DNA from: Prochlorococcus marinus subsp. pastoris str. CCMP1986
GTDB lineage: Bacteria; Cyanobacteriota; Cyanobacteriia; PCC-6307; Cyanobiaceae
DNA: 32,000 bases
Assembly (NCBI RefSeq): GCF_000011465.1
Contig: NC_005072.1
Coordinates: forward strand, 1,230,001 to 1,262,000
Direction: 5' to 3'
Shown: positions 30,892 to 32,000 of the stretch, piece after piece
Layout of the letters: each line of letters begins with the position of its first letter
Position numbering within the stretch: the stretch's first letter is position 1
Notes under the pieces: model-generated
Databases searched by the model: none
The model's input: only the letters and a program-made list of their open reading frames with translations
What the model was told of the DNA's origin: nothing
Position numbers and translations under genes: made by a program

Positions 30892-31302
30892 ATGTTGCAT
30901 GGACTACTTTGGTTACCATTACTTTTAATCTTCGTTCTATTAACAGCTCTCGGTTGGCTAGAAAGAAGAAGACAAAATCTTTTTAGGAATTGGGCAAGTG
31001 GTTCTGAAATTTGCAAATTAGATAGTTCTGGTGCAGCTTTTTTAAAGGATGGTGAATTAAAATGGAGTGCATTTGAAGCTGGAATATTTGAAGAAAAAGG
31101 TAGTTTTACAATAAAGAAACTAGAACTAGTAGAGTTAATGGCCCTTACCTCAGGAGAAGCACCTTTAACCAATGAATCACAAGGTAAGTGTAGGCTCAGG
31201 CTCGTTGGGGATGGGAAAGAGATGGATGTTCCATTTTCAGATGCAGAGAGAGCTAGAGAGTGGATGGATCAACTGATGGAAAAAGCTAGATGTGATTTGT
31301 GA
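30892..31302 (+). CDS. Conserved hypothetical membrane-anchored protein, 136 aa
   Basis: MLHGLLWLPLLLIFVLLTALGWLERRRQNLFRNW: N-terminal TM then a soluble domain; sits between ddl and ftsQ. Confidence 0.8.
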   Translation: MLHGLLWLPLLLIFVLLTALGWLERRRQNLFRNWASGSEICKLDSSGAAFLKDGELKWSAFEAGIFEEKGSFTIKKLELVELMALTSGEAPLTNESQGKCRLRLVGDGKEMDVPFSDAERAREWMDQLMEKARCDL

Positions 31303-32000
31303 AGGATAAACAAAAATTAAAGAATAAAAGGTTTTTTTTGTTAATTACCTTTTTATTTTTTACAAGTTATGCAACCTCTAAAATTTTCAAAAATGTTAAT
31401 TACCAAGATGTTTCTATAGTTGGTAGCGAATTATTTTCTATCGAGGATATAGTTGTAAACTCATCTCTAAATTTCCCTACCTCGTTGATATTTGTCAAAA
31501 GCTCATACACAGAAAGAGAATTAAAAAAGAATTTATCTCTAAAGAATGTTTCAGTTTTTAGACAAATATTCCCTTTTGGTTTAAAAATTCTAATTAAAAC
31601 AAGAACTCCAATAGCTTATGGCGAACGGCTTTTTAAAGGGGAAAAAATAACTGGTTTTATTGATGAAGATGGTTTCTTCATCAGTCTAAAATATTCAGAT
31701 CAAGAAAATTTGAATAAAATAACTAGTAAAGTTTTTGGATGGAAAGAAAACTTTAGAGAGACACTATCAAAAATTTTGAATTACCAAAAATATAACGATG
31801 TTGAATTCATTACAATAACTTTCTCCCCTAATGGCTTTTTAACTTTAGAGGAAAAAAGTCTTAAAACAATATTGTTAGGATTTAATCCAAAAAGAATAGA
31901 AAATCAATTACAAATAGTAAATAATATGAAAAACCAAATAAGAGAAAATAATATCTTAGAAAAAATAGATAATATCGACCTAATTGACCCCAACAATCCA
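31299..32000 (+). CDS. ftsQ: Cell division protein FtsQ/DivIB, partial, continues past the right edge (missing from ORF track)
   Basis: Hand translation from GTG 31299: VKDKQKLKNKRFFLLITFLFFTSYATSKIFKNVNYQDVSIVGSELFSIEDIVVNSSLNFPTSLIFVKSSYTERELKKNLSLKNVSVFRQIFPFGLKILIKTRTPIAYGERLFKGEKITGFIDEDGFFI: POTRA-like then FtsQ-like. Overlaps the upstream stop by 4 nt. Confidence 0.85.
   Translation, partial: MKDKQKLKNKRFFLLITFLFFTSYATSKIFKNVNYQDVSIVGSELFSIEDIVVNSSLNFPTSLIFVKSSYTERELKKNLSLKNVSVFRQIFPFGLKILIKTRTPIAYGERLFKGEKITGFIDEDGFFISLKYSDQENLNKITSKVFGWKENFRETLSKILNYQKYNDVEFITITFSPNGFLTLEEKSLKTILLGFNPKRIENQLQIVNNMKNQIRENNILEKIDNIDLIDPNNP

Noticed and set aside
30888-31172. 94-aa minus-strand ORF opposite the ddl-ftsQ intervening gene
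   Set aside because: Antisense shadow of a coding ORF with consistent operon context.
1-32000. Search for mobile elements, phage genes, toxin-antitoxin pairs, restriction or other defence systems
   Set aside because: No integrase, transposase, terminal inverted repeats, phage-like or defence-like motifs were seen; both tRNAs are flanked by housekeeping genes with no attachment-site-like duplications noticed by eye.

Overview
This is a 32 kb, AT-rich, densely packed core-genome segment. Gene content and protein style fit a high-light-clade Prochlorococcus marinus chromosome; this assignment is inference from the sequence, with no database search. It encodes about 29 protein genes and 2 tRNAs: TrmD+IspF in one ORF, Era, a Bax1/YccA-family protein, PhoH, RpsP, Ffh, Ftn2/ARC6, PdhA, a group-2 sigma factor, NAD(P)HX epimerase/dehydratase, MnmA, Lnt, an FKBP isomerase, a Ni-SOD/protease/Ni-transporter cluster, TrpC, LpdA, a SpoU methylase, MurA, tRNA-Leu(CAA), ArgD, FolC, a FAD oxidase, a CodA-like amidohydrolase, tRNA-His(GTG), MiaB, Ddl, a conserved small membrane protein and the start of FtsQ. 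I found no CRISPR array, prophage, transposon, defence island or clearly new multi-gene system. The points most worth a second look are: (1) a TrmD-IspF in-frame fusion; (2) a SodX-type protease whose catalytic Ser lies upstream of every ATG/GTG/TTG in the frame; (3) a SpoU methylase whose conserved N-terminus also has no canonical start; (4) two unannotated, ATGA-overlapping mini membrane ORFs beside murA; (5) argD starting 5 nt after a tRNA-Leu 3' end; and (6) a 7-copy 18-bp tandem repeat in ffh. The ORF track also missed the partial genes at both edges.
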